A DNA stretch of 63,394 bases, filler included, from Reticulomyxa filosa (Eukaryota; Protista; Foraminifera): NCBI GenBank assembly GCA_000512085.1. It is 19 parts of 19 records of this genome, joined end to end, with 100 filler letters (N's around TTAATTAATTAA, not from the genome) between each part and the next. Parts side by side here need not be neighbours in the genome. Positions count along the whole stretch, not along the records: positions 45,131 to 59,567 come from ASPP01028831.1; positions 59,668 to 61,719 come from ASPP01023209.1; positions 61,820 to 63,394 come from ASPP01023158.1; 16 more parts are not named here. One strand, written 5' to 3'. A model generated the notes under the pieces. The model searched no databases. It saw nothing but the letters and a program-made list of their open reading frames with translations, and was not told the DNA's origin. The translations under genes and the position numbers were made by a program. Below, one piece after another: positions 52,201-63,394 of the stretch. The first letter of the stretch is position 1. Each line of letters begins with the position of its first letter.

Positions 52201-55200
52201 TTCCACTGCCTTTTTCCCCAACTAATATGGCATGCCCCCTAGGTTGGGTAATGAGTCGATGAATATGACATAGATGTGTGATGGCTTCTTCAAACAACAC
52301 TAAGTTCATTGGATTTTTGTGATTGATAACGTTATATTCTTGCAGTTTTTGTTGGACTAATTCTCGCAGTATTGCTCGATCAACCACTTCTTGGTAAGGA
52401 CAGAGATCAGTCGTTGATTGTTCTTCCTTTTCTTTCTCCTCTACAAATTTTTCATTTTTTTGCTCTTCCTTCATCTTTTTTGCATCGTGAAAAGAAGTAA
52501 AAAGGGGATATTTGTTTGAAGAATTTGCAAACAGTGCATTCCAGTCACAGTCAAAGTTTTTACGTAAACATTCTTCTAACCATTGCTATTGTCAAGTCAT
52601 CACAATTATTTGTTTTATATCTTTGTCATGGGACATTGAAATTCCGATTAAAGACGACAACAGAAAAAAGACATACCACCAATTGTTGTTGATCTTTTGG
52701 AGTTACCAATCGATCGTAAAATACTCTCATGCTTTCGTGACACCATATTTTCAAAAGTGACTCTTTTGTGTCACAAAAACTTCGGTGAGCTTGCAATAAT
52801 CCTTGAAACATTTTACTTATATCCTTTAGACTAAAAACATAATGACATTTTTTGGGTGTTGGCAAAAATGTGGAGGTTATTTTCTTGAACAAATAGATTG
52901 TGGAATTGCAAATTTGATCTGTCCATGCCTTTACTCCACTGTCAAAATTCTCGCGGGTAAATTTGTCGTTCAAAATTGTGCCATAAATTCTTTGAATCTG
53001 TTCATCACTTGGAAATGTGAAATTCAGCATACTGCACTTTGACTGCAATCGATCAGGTATTACTGAAGAGATGCCATTCGAAAGGCCCATAGCAGATAGC
53101 ATTTGCATTCCCTGAATTTTTTTTGGAGTCTGTTTTGTTAGATCAAACCAAAATCCATATTGCAGCCATTGCCGAATGAACTCCAATGGTGGCTGATAGC
53201 CAAATTGATCTTTTTGTGGCATGTTTAAGTCATCAATAAACACAACTAATCGCTCTCGACCACCGGCTGTTTCGTCAACAAATCAAAACAATGACGTTTT
53301 GTTTTGTTGACAATGCCTAACTTTCGGTACAACGAGTTACAAACAAACATTTGCAATAATATTGCATGTGCAACCTAACACTCAACTTGGAACAAAAATA
53401 TCACCGTGATGTTTAATCAATCGGTGATCTAAAATATCTTGAACAGTTTGTGCTGAGATGGTCGAGTGTAGATTAAGAGTTAATTTAATGTTTCGCTGAT
53501 CTGATAATTGTGACATAACGTTTTGAATTACAGCACTCTTACCTGTGCCTGTGTCGCCAACACAAATCAAGGGCATCTTGTGTTCATACAATAAATTATG
53601 ATATAAGTGCTACGCAATGTATTTGTCGTTGGAACCAAGATTCTATGAAATGGTGTATTTGGTAAAGGTTTCCATTCGTCCAACACTTTTGACTGCCAAA
53701 ATCCCCACTCTTTTTTGCTGGGATCTACGAAATAATCATACACTGTGTTTAATGGTGGCAGCATCACTTCAGTGCGGCGTATGAACAGATCGATTTGTGC
53801 TCTATCCTCTTCAACCACCATTCCACCAATGGTCCACACTAAGCAAAATACAAACCAATGCTCTATCATTTTCATGAAATAAGCTTCATCATTTTTGTCG
53901 ACTCCATTTTCTGTGGTATACGTATTTTTCAAAAATTTACCAAAGTGTTAGTTGTGAAAATAAGTAAAATATATTTTTTTTTGTGACTACACATGACCTG
54001 TTGTCAGCACACACGATAGCATTTGACACAAAGACTGTACCGCATTAAAGTCGCTAATAGCCGAAATTTCTCGGCAATTTTGTTTTTTGAATTGCAACAA
54101 TGGGTTGACATGTGTATCAAACAGCTGCTGCAAGTACTCGACCCCTGCCGGTCCTAACATTTGTTGGTTACTTGCGCTTTGTTTCCATGACTCGAGATAC
54201 AGCTTCCATGCTGAATTGTTGTTTTCCAAGTATATTATACCAAGGCGGGACACTGTGGATGGAGAAGCCATGGCCAAATCTTGTGTTTCAAATATCAAGA
54301 ACGTCTAATGTGTTGCAACGTCGTAATGAGAGAAAATTGACATATACACACAAAAGGCATGTTACAATATTGCATTATCAAACACACACAAAATTATTAA
54401 TATTCAATTAAACTTCTTCGGGCAGAGAAATCCTGTCACCATTGATCAATGTCAATACTCTGTTGTCATCCAACATAGAATTCAAATTCTCAGCCCAGAG
54501 CGTGTCTACAGGTCCGTCTAAAATCACCCATTTCCATACTTTGAGATTAGTGCTTTCCGTCGTCTTTCGTAAGGTTGTGCTTAGCACTCCATCTCTCCAC
54601 TCTTTTGTGGATGCATCGAAAAATCCATACAATTGCTCGATGGTTACCGCTTTTGGATTCAATGCAATATACTGTACTCCATAATAGGAGCCATTTTTGC
54701 ATTCTTGCATAGTATTCAATACTTTTACCAATGTCTTCCAAGTGCAAGTTTTGCCAGTGTTTGTCGCACCCACTAATATGTTCCCTTGTCGAGTAGAGAG
54801 GGATTCATACAATTGCAAAATTTTAGAAACAAGGATCTTGTCTGCTTGCAATCCGCAATTTTGCATTTCTTTTTCAACCACTGATTGCAAGTTAACTTTC
54901 GTTATCCACGCTTCGGTCTGCTCTGCGTTTATAAAAATGTCTTGCAACAATCCTCGAAATAGTGCCGCATCACTACCCACAAGCTTGCACATATTGACAT
55001 CTTTCAAAGCGCGAAAGATTACCATTTCTTCTGTCATTTCTTTGTTTGTACGAGCAATTTGGCTGGCGCGCTTTAATGCTGACATAATTGCACGTAAGTT
55101 GAAGTCGTAGTGTTGCTGTTACCGAAACAACCAGTCAAAAGGACAATGTTCTCGTCGTTGCAGATAGAAGACAACTGTACCTGTTTGGATAACTGCTGTG

Positions 55201-58200
55201 CCATTAAGTCATACAATTTGCAAATTTTTTGTGACAACACTTTGGACTCTGTGAATCCATCCGCTTGCAAAGACACTTCCACAATCATTTGGGAGTCGGG
55301 TATTATCATTGCTACCGGACGGAATAACGCCTTTGCATTCCGTCATTCAACGACAATGAAAAAAAACCATTGACGAGTGTGTCAAAATATTTTCAAAAAC
55401 AAAGCAAAGAAAAACACTAACTTGTAAGTTGTCTGGAAGTTCTGTGCGACCAATATAACCAGAATTCATAGTAGTGAAAACCCCAAATTGAGGATTTAGC
55501 ACGATTTCCCTGCCTTCGAAATTGAAGTGCTGTGACCTGGCGGCTAAATGGCGAAATAATGTTTGGATTTGCAGTGTCACCATGTTCAAGACTTCGATTG
55601 ATATCCTATGTGTGTTAAAATGCATCATTCAATAGAGCAAAAGTTATGGCAAAAAGCAGAGCGAAACAAAAGCGGACAACGTACCGGTTGAATTCATCAA
55701 AACATCCCCAGCTGCCACTTTGTGCCAAACCCCCAAGCCAACCCGTCAACGCCATTTGATTCAATTTGTTACTACAACTAAAGATGACCACATGTTTTCC
55801 CAAGGCCTTTCCCAAATCTTTGATAGTCTCGGTTTTTCCAGTGCCTGCAGGACCTTGTGCACTTGCACCAAGGTGCAAGTGAAGTGCTGTTGTCAAAGTT
55901 AAGTAACAACGATCAACTGACGGCGTCATCACCAGTCGTCCAGTGTTTCCTTGGTATTCATAACCATATGGAAACATGCTATTCGTTTGAAGTGCATAAA
56001 CCGTCCCATAATTATTTTCTTCTTTATGATACTCAAATCGAAGCTGTGAAATCCACTCAAAGGCATTCTTATCGTCGCATTTGTTGGACTTTATCAAGCG
56101 ATCGATGACATCTCTCGCATGTACTTCAATCGTTATCAAAGTTGCAAGTTTTCTGCGAATCAGCTGTCGACAACAAGCAAAAACAAAATGAAAAATGCAC
56201 ATTTTCCGGGTCCATTTAAGTTAACTTTAGGAAGGTCTTCTCGAATCATCATGCTGCATCGGTCCAAATATTTTTTCCAAGATTTTTTCAATTTTTTTAG
56301 CGAAGTTTTATTTTCAGACAAATTCGTCAAAGATGTTTCACACTCCATTGTCCATGACACTTGTCCACTCAAAATCAGCAGTTGACCAATCGATTGCTTA
56401 ATCCAGTTCTCTCGCTTTCTTTTTGGGTTCGCAATTGTCAGCAATGTGCTTTGGAGACTTTTCTTTAGAGTTACTTTCATCTCTGCTTCAATTTGTTTCA
56501 ACCAGTCCTCAACTGCTCCTCTTACTGCCACAGGACGTATAAACGGTACTTCTTCATTCAAAGCATCCATTATTCCCACAACCAACCAGTGTTCATTCCC
56601 TCCAATCCCAGGTTGTGGAGCCCGTACCATCAAAGCCTCGATACCGGTAAACAATTTTTTCATAAAAGGTTGTATCTAAGTCAAGTAAACATTTTATGCT
56701 GTGTTTTTCTTTATTTCTGATAACTTGCAAAAAGAACTATATGTTAGTACTCTTTGTTGTGAATTCAATAAAAAAATGTATTTTTTTTCATTAAAAATAC
56801 TTTCTCTGGCTCCTTGGCATGTCCCAGTATCTCGAGTAAATCTTCATTGGATATAAAAAAGAAGCGCGGGAAAATACGACGCTTGGTCTCCAAGTAATCA
56901 TTTAAATTTTTTTGAAGAGAATCCAATTGTTCTTGCATTTTCACAAATTTTGCATATTGTCCTTCTAGCAGACACGCGGTCTTTGCCACTTTTATATTGT
57001 TCCAAAGTGTCATTGTTTCTTTCCACTGATTATTAACGTTTCTGAAGTTCATTGACTCCATTTGATTATGTGCAATGCGATTTATTTGCGATTAAACTCC
57101 AAATAAACAAACAAAGTATTTATATTGTACCTGCCAGCTGCTTTTGAATTTCATCCGAGCCCATGAAGATATTTTCTAAGTAGACCCATTGATTTGTTAA
57201 TTGAATCACCAATTCCAGTGTATCAAACATATTACTCAACACGTTCACCCAAAAACAAATTTCGTCAGCGAATGTTGTAAAATAGGGATAGTTTTTCATT
57301 GCACTCAATTGGACTTGATCCTCTTCCAGTTGTTGAACCAGAGGTTTTGTATTCGTTAACTTGAAATAATCTGTTTTATAAGGAGCCATATCCAATCGAT
57401 AATTTGTCCATGTTTCCTCCAATTGTTTGATTGCATTTTCAATTGTTTTCTCTTGATCAGCTATTTTACTAACCGCGCTGATTGCCTCTGCGTATTTGTG
57501 GATGCTCAACGATTGAATCGCCCCCAAAGTGAAATCATCTGCATAAGGGTCGAATGTCACAGAGCGACCGAGTTCTTTTCGAAGTTTTTCCCAATGTCGA
57601 GGACGCATTGCCGGGTTTTTCAAATCTTCAACCAACGGTACGAAAGCACGGAAACCTTCAATCATTTTTTTACCGTTTCCAAACCTCCCAACTTCCTATT
57701 TTTCTATATTTTAACCAAGTCCATTGTTTTCAAATTGTACGTTTATGTACACAAAACGAGATACTAACTTTTGCAATTTCATTACGTTCGAGTAATATTC
57801 CACCGCTTCATTGTCTATCTCCTTCGTATTTGCATTGGCGAGTTTCAAAGACGCCCATTGACTCCATTTTTCCTTCCAATTTTTTAGCAATGTCCAAATT
57901 ACTGAAAGATTTTCCAAGTCTTTTTCAGTGTCTTGCATGTCCTTGTAGCTCGGCTGTTCAATCCCGAAAATGTCTAAGCCTATCTTTATTTGCTGTGCCG
58001 TTTTTTTGTCCTCTTCGAGTTGATTTTTAAAGCGCTGCATCACTTCAAATGCCCAACGAATGTCCAGCTCACCCTTGCTTTGAACGGGCAGACCAGTGAT
58101 ACCACTCTGTTTACATAAACAAGTATTGTGCACTTTGTCGAATTATGCTTTCATGGAAAAAGAAAAAATATAAATAATCTTGTCAAATGCCCAAAGAGTA

Positions 58201-59567
58201 ACTTCAATAAATTCTTGTCTTAAATTTTCAACATGATGACTGAAGCGTTCCAATTCGTTTTGGAGTGAGACTTTCATATCCATTTTTTTTTGTTGCACTA
58301 ATAGGTTCGACTCTTTCAAATCTTTCAGAAAGCATTCGAGTTTGTTTTCTAAACTGTAGAGCCACTCCATCTGTGATATTTTCAAAAGTTGTGTTCGTGA
58401 ATAAATCGTTGGCATATGTTGTACAAACGCATAGTCTTAACCTCTTGTTCAGTAGGTTGCATATCAAATTTTTCCAAGGTCGCAAACATTTTTCGCAAAG
58501 GTAAGAACCGCTCTGGCATTGTTGTACACTCCTTGGCCAAAGACTCCCTCAACGCAATACCAGCACTCAATTCCTCCAAATTATTGGGGAGTTCTTTGAT
58601 AAGAAGACTGTTTAGTTCAAAGAACGTCAACATTTGGTGTAGTTCGCTCAGCGCTTTTGATTTCAGTAAATCAGTAAATTTTCTTTGCCATTCTTTGCAG
58701 TGCTCTACCAATGCCTTTTTCAACTCCGAGCAATCGACGTGTATAAATTTAACATTATACGTTGTCTCTTCATGTAATATATCTTGTTCTGTTTCTTTGT
58801 ACCTATAGCAAAAAAAGACATGTTTTGGTGAATACAAATAAATACTTTTTTTTTTTTTGTTATTGAACACTCAGACTTGGTGATATGTTTATCAACTGCT
58901 TCCAATGGCTGATTTGAATCTTTCATTCGAGTGATAAATATATCTTTGTCGGCTTCCCAAATGCTTTTGTAACTGTTTTCCCAATCGGCCATCAGCCTGC
59001 CCATTTCTGCAGTAACACTCGAAACACCTTCCAAAATACCAACAAACGAGCTGTTGATCTCGGAGTCTTTGCAGAGCGTATCAAAAACCGTGCGAAACAC
59101 TTGAAAGCCGCCATGATCTTCATGCAACACGCTACCCAATCGTGGGATATGTTTGTAAATTTGCATAATCTGATCGTACACATCCTTAATCATTTGAATG
59201 AGATCCACAATCGATGGGGTAAAATCTACTTTGCCAGTGTTCAAGTTCAAGATCATCGAAAGCTTGAACAATGGCGAAGGGTCAGACTTACCGTCTCCAT
59301 TAATGGCACGGGATAAATCTTGCAAAGAAGATTTGATCGCAAACTTCAATGCGCTTTCTACATCTCCATCCACTTGGACGATAACTTTTTGCCATTGACG
59401 GAGTACATCTTCTGTCTGTCCAACAAAGAACCGATACGAGTTTTTCATTTGTTCAATAATTGATTCTGAACATTCTTTCAAGTAAATATTGCAATAGCTG
59501 ATATGTCGAAATTGTTTTTCTTTGAATCCAGTTGCCACACATGGCTGGCCTTTGTCGATTTGTATCA
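46267..59567 (-). CDS. DNAH2: Axonemal inner-arm dynein heavy chain, DNAH2 / I1-beta (dynein f) type; 5' truncated, about 27 exons
   Basis: AAA1 GPAGTGKTETIKDL...WGCFDEFNR, AAA2 VGATNTGKT, AAA3 VGDTGTGKS, AAA4 VGEKGSGRQS, stalk/MTBD, AAA5-6, and C-terminus WIKRGVTLLLSLDE* (stop 46267-46269). The tail motif SLQDLSRAINGDGKSDPSPLF resembles DNAH2 (from recall). I traced 26 introns manually; there are two homopolymer frameshifts. Confidence 0.9.
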
Positions 59568-59790
59568 NNNNNNNNNNNNNNNNNNNNNNNNNNNNNNNNN
59601 NNNNNNNNNNNTTAATTAATTAANNNNNNNNNNNNNNNNNNNNNNNNNNNNNNNNNNNNNNNNNNNNAAAAAAAAAAAGGGGGTGTATGATATGTATAAG
59701 TGTGCGATAAAACGAATTGTAATTTGTTTTGAAGGAAAGTTTGAGTAAATGTGTATTGTGTATTGTGTATTGTGTATGTATGTGCATTGA

Positions 59791-60435
59791 ATGGGCCAGG
59801 CAGCGGCCTATGCGCATGACGGCGGAGATAGCACGCCATTGTATGCAGAGGTAATGAAACAGTTGAACTTGACACAGTTCAATGAAGTGATTGGGTGCGT
59901 GTATGATAAAAACAAAGACAACTACGCGTGCGTGGCGTCGCTGGCGCCGCTCGCGCTGACTCACTACGGGGATTGCAAAATCGCAAAAGGCATTGTGGAC
60001 CAAAGTGTGGAACAGCTGGTGAAGAGGATCTTGCTGGTGATAAAGAACATGTATGGAATCAAAGATAGTGATTGTCATGGCAATGAAAAAAAAACAGAAG
60101 AAGAAGGAAAAGAAAAAGAAGAAAGAGGAAAAGGAGCAGAAGATAAACCAAGCTTGCATACTAAACAACAGAAAGTGTCGATCATTTGCAGTGGGTCTTT
60201 GTTGACCAAGTCTCCATTGTATTTTGAATTGGTTAAAAAACAGTTGAATTGGATGCTGGGGCACAACCCTTTGCAATCTTATCTCAATTGGATCATTCCT
60301 CATCATCCGGCTGAATATGGAGCCGCTTTGCACTGCAAACACGAGTTTGACATAAAATTTCTGCAAAACATTCAACAATTTGAACAGATTTTTGATCAGC
60401 TGCATTCTCGACATGACCAACACAAAACCTCTTGA
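59791..60435 (+). CDS. BadF/BadG/BcrA/BcrD-family sugar kinase (N-acetylglucosamine kinase-like), C-terminal part
   Basis: AYAHDGG..T.L, VASLAP, AKGIVDQSVEQL, IICSGSLL, PAEYGAAL: motifs of the ASKHA/BadF kinase C-half. Confidence 0.75.
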   Translation: MGQAAAYAHDGGDSTPLYAEVMKQLNLTQFNEVIGCVYDKNKDNYACVASLAPLALTHYGDCKIAKGIVDQSVEQLVKRILLVIKNMYGIKDSDCHGNEKKTEEEGKEKEERGKGAEDKPSLHTKQQKVSIICSGSLLTKSPLYFELVKKQLNWMLGHNPLQSYLNWIIPHHPAEYGAALHCKHEFDIKFLQNIQQFEQIFDQLHSRHDQHKTS

Positions 60436-60905
60436 GTCTTTTCAATCCTTTTTCTTTTTCTCCTCTTCGTGCTCTCTCTCTTTCAAATGCCAACTGTACT
60501 AACTTTTAATCATTGAGGGATATAAACAAATTGAAGTTTTTTAAATAGTTTATTATTATTAAATTTGCTTCATCAGATTTTTCTCCCTACTTTTTCTTGT
60601 ACCCTTTTCAAAAAATTTAATTTTGCGTTAATCTTCAATTGTAAAGTTCTTCTCATTCCTTTGTAAGAGAGTTGCTGATAAATGCTTTCTCTTTTTTTAT
60701 CCCCATACCCTTATTTTGTTTTGAATTTTCGGAGTCACCACAAAAAGAATGACTAAATGCTATATCGACAGATAAGCAAAAACATTCTGGTCATAAAAAT
60801 ACTTAGACAAGTAGAAAGCAAGATAAAAAGCTTCTCTTTTTTTTGCTATTTAAAAAAAAAAATTTTGAAGTTAATTAACTGAGCAAAAGAAAAAGAAAAA
60901 GAAAG

Positions 60906-61574
60906 TTATTTAAAGAATTTGTACCAAATAAGAATGCCGATGATAAGCAATTCGATAATAACGATAAAAAACTGGATAATTCGATCCGTAACCATCCTTC
61001 GAGCCATTCCTAACATAATACGACGAGCTCTATCTTGAGTATAATTAGTTTGTTGGAGATCATCTAACACAATTTCTAATTGCTGTCCTTGTTGATTAAG
61101 TCGATTTGCAGTATGAACAGCAGTATCTTCAGTTTCAGAAATAATTTGTTTGCCACGTAAAAGAGCGTTATGTGTGCTATCAATAATATGTTGTCCATGA
61201 AGTAATTGTTGTCTTTCATTTGAATTACTTTTTAATACATCTAATGATATTCCATTATTATTTTCAATTGCTTGATAATCTTTTTTAAAACCTTCTAATT
61301 CTGTTTTTAATTTTGATATCTGTATTCGATGAGTATTTCTTTCTGAATCTGATAAATTGTATGAGTCTCGAATTAATTGCTGTAATGACACTATCGCTTT
61401 TTCAGCTCCACGAATATGCTTATTACATTCTTTTAATTCTTTTTCTCTTGTTACTTCTGATTCTACTGTTGGATCACAAGAACTGAACCACTTCAATTGT
61501 CGTTCCAAACTTGTCACTGAGGACAGATACTCTTCATTAAGTTTCTGCCACCTTTCCTCAAAATCTAATAACAT
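60906..61574 (-). CDS. VTI1: Qb-SNARE Vti1-like vesicle transport protein
   Basis: N-terminal Habc helices, ERQQLL..ETEDTA..L.QQ.QQL SNARE motif, RARRIM.GMARR, C-terminal TM anchor. Confidence 0.85.
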   Translation of the reverse strand: MLLDFEERWQKLNEEYLSSVTSLERQLKWFSSCDPTVESEVTREKELKECNKHIRGAEKAIVSLQQLIRDSYNLSDSERNTHRIQISKLKTELEGFKKDYQAIENNNGISLDVLKSNSNERQQLLHGQHIIDSTHNALLRGKQIISETEDTAVHTANRLNQQGQQLEIVLDDLQQTNYTQDRARRIMLGMARRMVTDRIIQFFIVIIELLIIGILIWYKFFK

Positions 61575-61674
61575 TATCAGAATCTAGAAGGGTTTTTTCG
61601 TTTAAACAAAAAAACTCCAATCTTTTTAAAATTATTTTTTTTAGACTTTTCATTTTGCACAATTTATAATAAAT

Positions 61675-61719
61675 GAAACATTGAAAATAAAACATTGAAA
61701 ATAAAACATTGAAAATAAA
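61675..61719. repeat. 14-bp tandem repeat (aacattgaaaataa) x about 3 at contig end
   Basis: Direct reading: aacattgaaaataa aacattgaaaataa aacattgaaaataa a. Confidence 0.85.
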
Positions 61720-63394
61720 NNNNNNNNNNNNNNNNNNNNNNNNNNNNNNNNNNNNNNNNNNNNTTAATTAATTAANNNNNNNNNNNNNNNNNNNNNNNNN
61801 NNNNNNNNNNNNNNNNNNNAAAAATAATGATAATACATTCTTTTTCACTTGATGTATATTGAGTTGCATTTTCCACTAAATGTATTCGACATGCATACTT
61901 GTAGTGACTTATAGCTGCTTTGAGTATCTCGGAGCATTCCAAATATCACAACAAAAACCAAAGTCTATAATTGTGAAAAACCAAGCCCCATCTTTGCACT
62001 AATGCCACAACGAGTATTGTTTGTCCATGATTTTTCGTTGTAATGGGGAGGCTGCCAAATATTTCTGTCCTGACAATGCAGTTGTATTTGCTTTAACATT
62101 TTGTACAGTTCTTTATCTTCAATTGTGGCTCCATTATAATTACTCCCACTACTTGTGGCCTTATTCTAGTTCTTGTAACTTTAGATAGAAAACAACAAAA
62201 TAAACTAATTTAAATTGCTTAAAAAAAAAGACAGCAATAATAAATATTTAACTTCAATAACCTTGAGGAATTTTATCCTTGACAACATATATATAGTCTT
62301 GGTAAAAGGCGTGCCGCACCTCCAAGAGATTATTGTGTTGATCCATATTGTTTCTGTGGACTGGACACGCCTTGCTTCTTACGATATGTTTATATTTCTT
62401 TGACATATACGTTGTCATCGTTGTTTCTATTTCATACTATCCATTGCCGCTTGCCATATTGTGTATTGATCTACATTTTTGTCTTTGCTCCTTCATTTCT
62501 TCTTTTTTTTTTTCTTCTATACTTTCTTTAATCTCCTCTTCTTCTTTCTCTCCATCCAAATCTAAAAGAAATCACTCCACAGCGAAAGGTTCAATGTTCA
62601 CACTGCCTTGATTGATACGTATTACAAAGAACGTATAAATCCACATCGACAGTAAAATACAACACTTTGGTTCATCAAATGGAGCTTTTATCCTTCGCGA
62701 TACCAATTTTATACGCTTTTTCTGTTGGATTGTTTTGAACTTGAACAATGTAGGATTGCATGTTACAAGGGAAGTTTTCTGCGGCATGGCGTCAACTTGG
62801 CTGTCTTCACAATTCTCTGCTACCGTTTTCCAATGGCAAAATCACATTTAACATTCACCGCAATCGCGGTAAAGGTTTTCTTGTTCCTTTCTTTAATTGT
62901 ATGTATTGTATGGATTGATTTGTAAACTTATCCACACTTGAGATGTTATTGCGATATAATACCAAGAAAAAGCAGAGTTAGGAAATAACACAGTTGTAAT
63001 GCATTCAGTCGATGGATACAGATTCACATCGCTTCCTTCATTCTTGGTGGTGGTAGCTCGTAACGCGGTTACATTTATGACCGTCGGTGTAGTTGTGACT
63101 TTCTCTCGCTGTGGCAACACGAATTTGGAGAGCAAGCCATTTGTGCAACGCTATTGTCGGAGGTACTCAAATGTCTTGCGAACAGCACTCAATACCATTT
63201 GTTGTCGAGGATAAGGCTTTCAATGCTTGCACAACAACCAAAAGACGTAGCCTTCATTATATACGCTGACACGCTGACTTGCTTGCAATCTCTGAGACTT
63301 TTTACCTTGGGTGCAATGGAATACAATCTTTTGGATTGCTGTATTGATGTGTTCAAATATGCAGCCACAGGAGAAGAGCCAAACAATGACACGT

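Noticed and set aside
53585-53600. Second dynein frameshift
   Set aside because: One extra A (ATA AAT TTA TTG TAT) restores the frame, so it is probably a sequencing error. A similar G-run slip occurs near 10280 in the Nup-like gene.
54745-54780. Deviant AAA2 P-loop GATNTGKT
   Set aside because: AAA2 is non-catalytic and variable among dynein heavy chains, and GKT is retained.
57660-57685. Programmed frameshift in dynein (TGG AAA CGG TAA)
   Set aside because: Adding one A to each of two adjacent A-runs restores WEVWKTVKKMIEGF with the expected spacing, which is typical of homopolymer under-calls.
3273-61819. Regularly recurring TTAATTAATTAA palindrome as a biological repeat or CRISPR-like array
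   Set aside because: Always centred in N44 flanks with a fixed 100-nt length, so it is an artificial six-frame-stop linker. It also voids any gene-neighbourhood inference across contigs.

Overview
AT-rich eukaryotic genomic DNA, not prokaryotic. It is a concatenation of 19 short unrelated contigs joined by artificial 100-nt linkers (N44-TTAATTAATTAA-N44), so gene order across linkers has no biological meaning. By inference, the short GT-AG introns, expanded WD40, kelch-like, vWA and 7TM families, many decayed gene copies and homopolymer-associated frameshifts fit a rhizarian/foraminiferan draft genome such as Reticulomyxa filosa. The largest feature is a 5'-truncated axonemal inner-arm dynein heavy chain (DNAH2/I1-beta type, 46267-59567, minus strand, about 26 introns). 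Other recognisable genes are a 7TM GPCR-like protein, DBR1, a Nup188/Nup205-like ARM protein, phospholipase B-like, a LINE reverse transcriptase, a SAM-ubiquitin-like-RING protein, a small Tim9-like chaperone, a dually acylated EF-hand protein, kinesin, an SR protein, ArfGAP, an ELAV-like RRM protein, a BadF/NAGK-type kinase and Vti1. There are also several pseudogene-like relics. The most interesting signals are: (1) an atypical splice-site code, with mostly GTT donors, A-rich acceptors and one apparent GT-AA intron; (2) a SAM-UBL(GG)-RING fusion; (3) a CTD-like heptad tail on DBR1. I saw no rRNA, tRNA or CRISPR.
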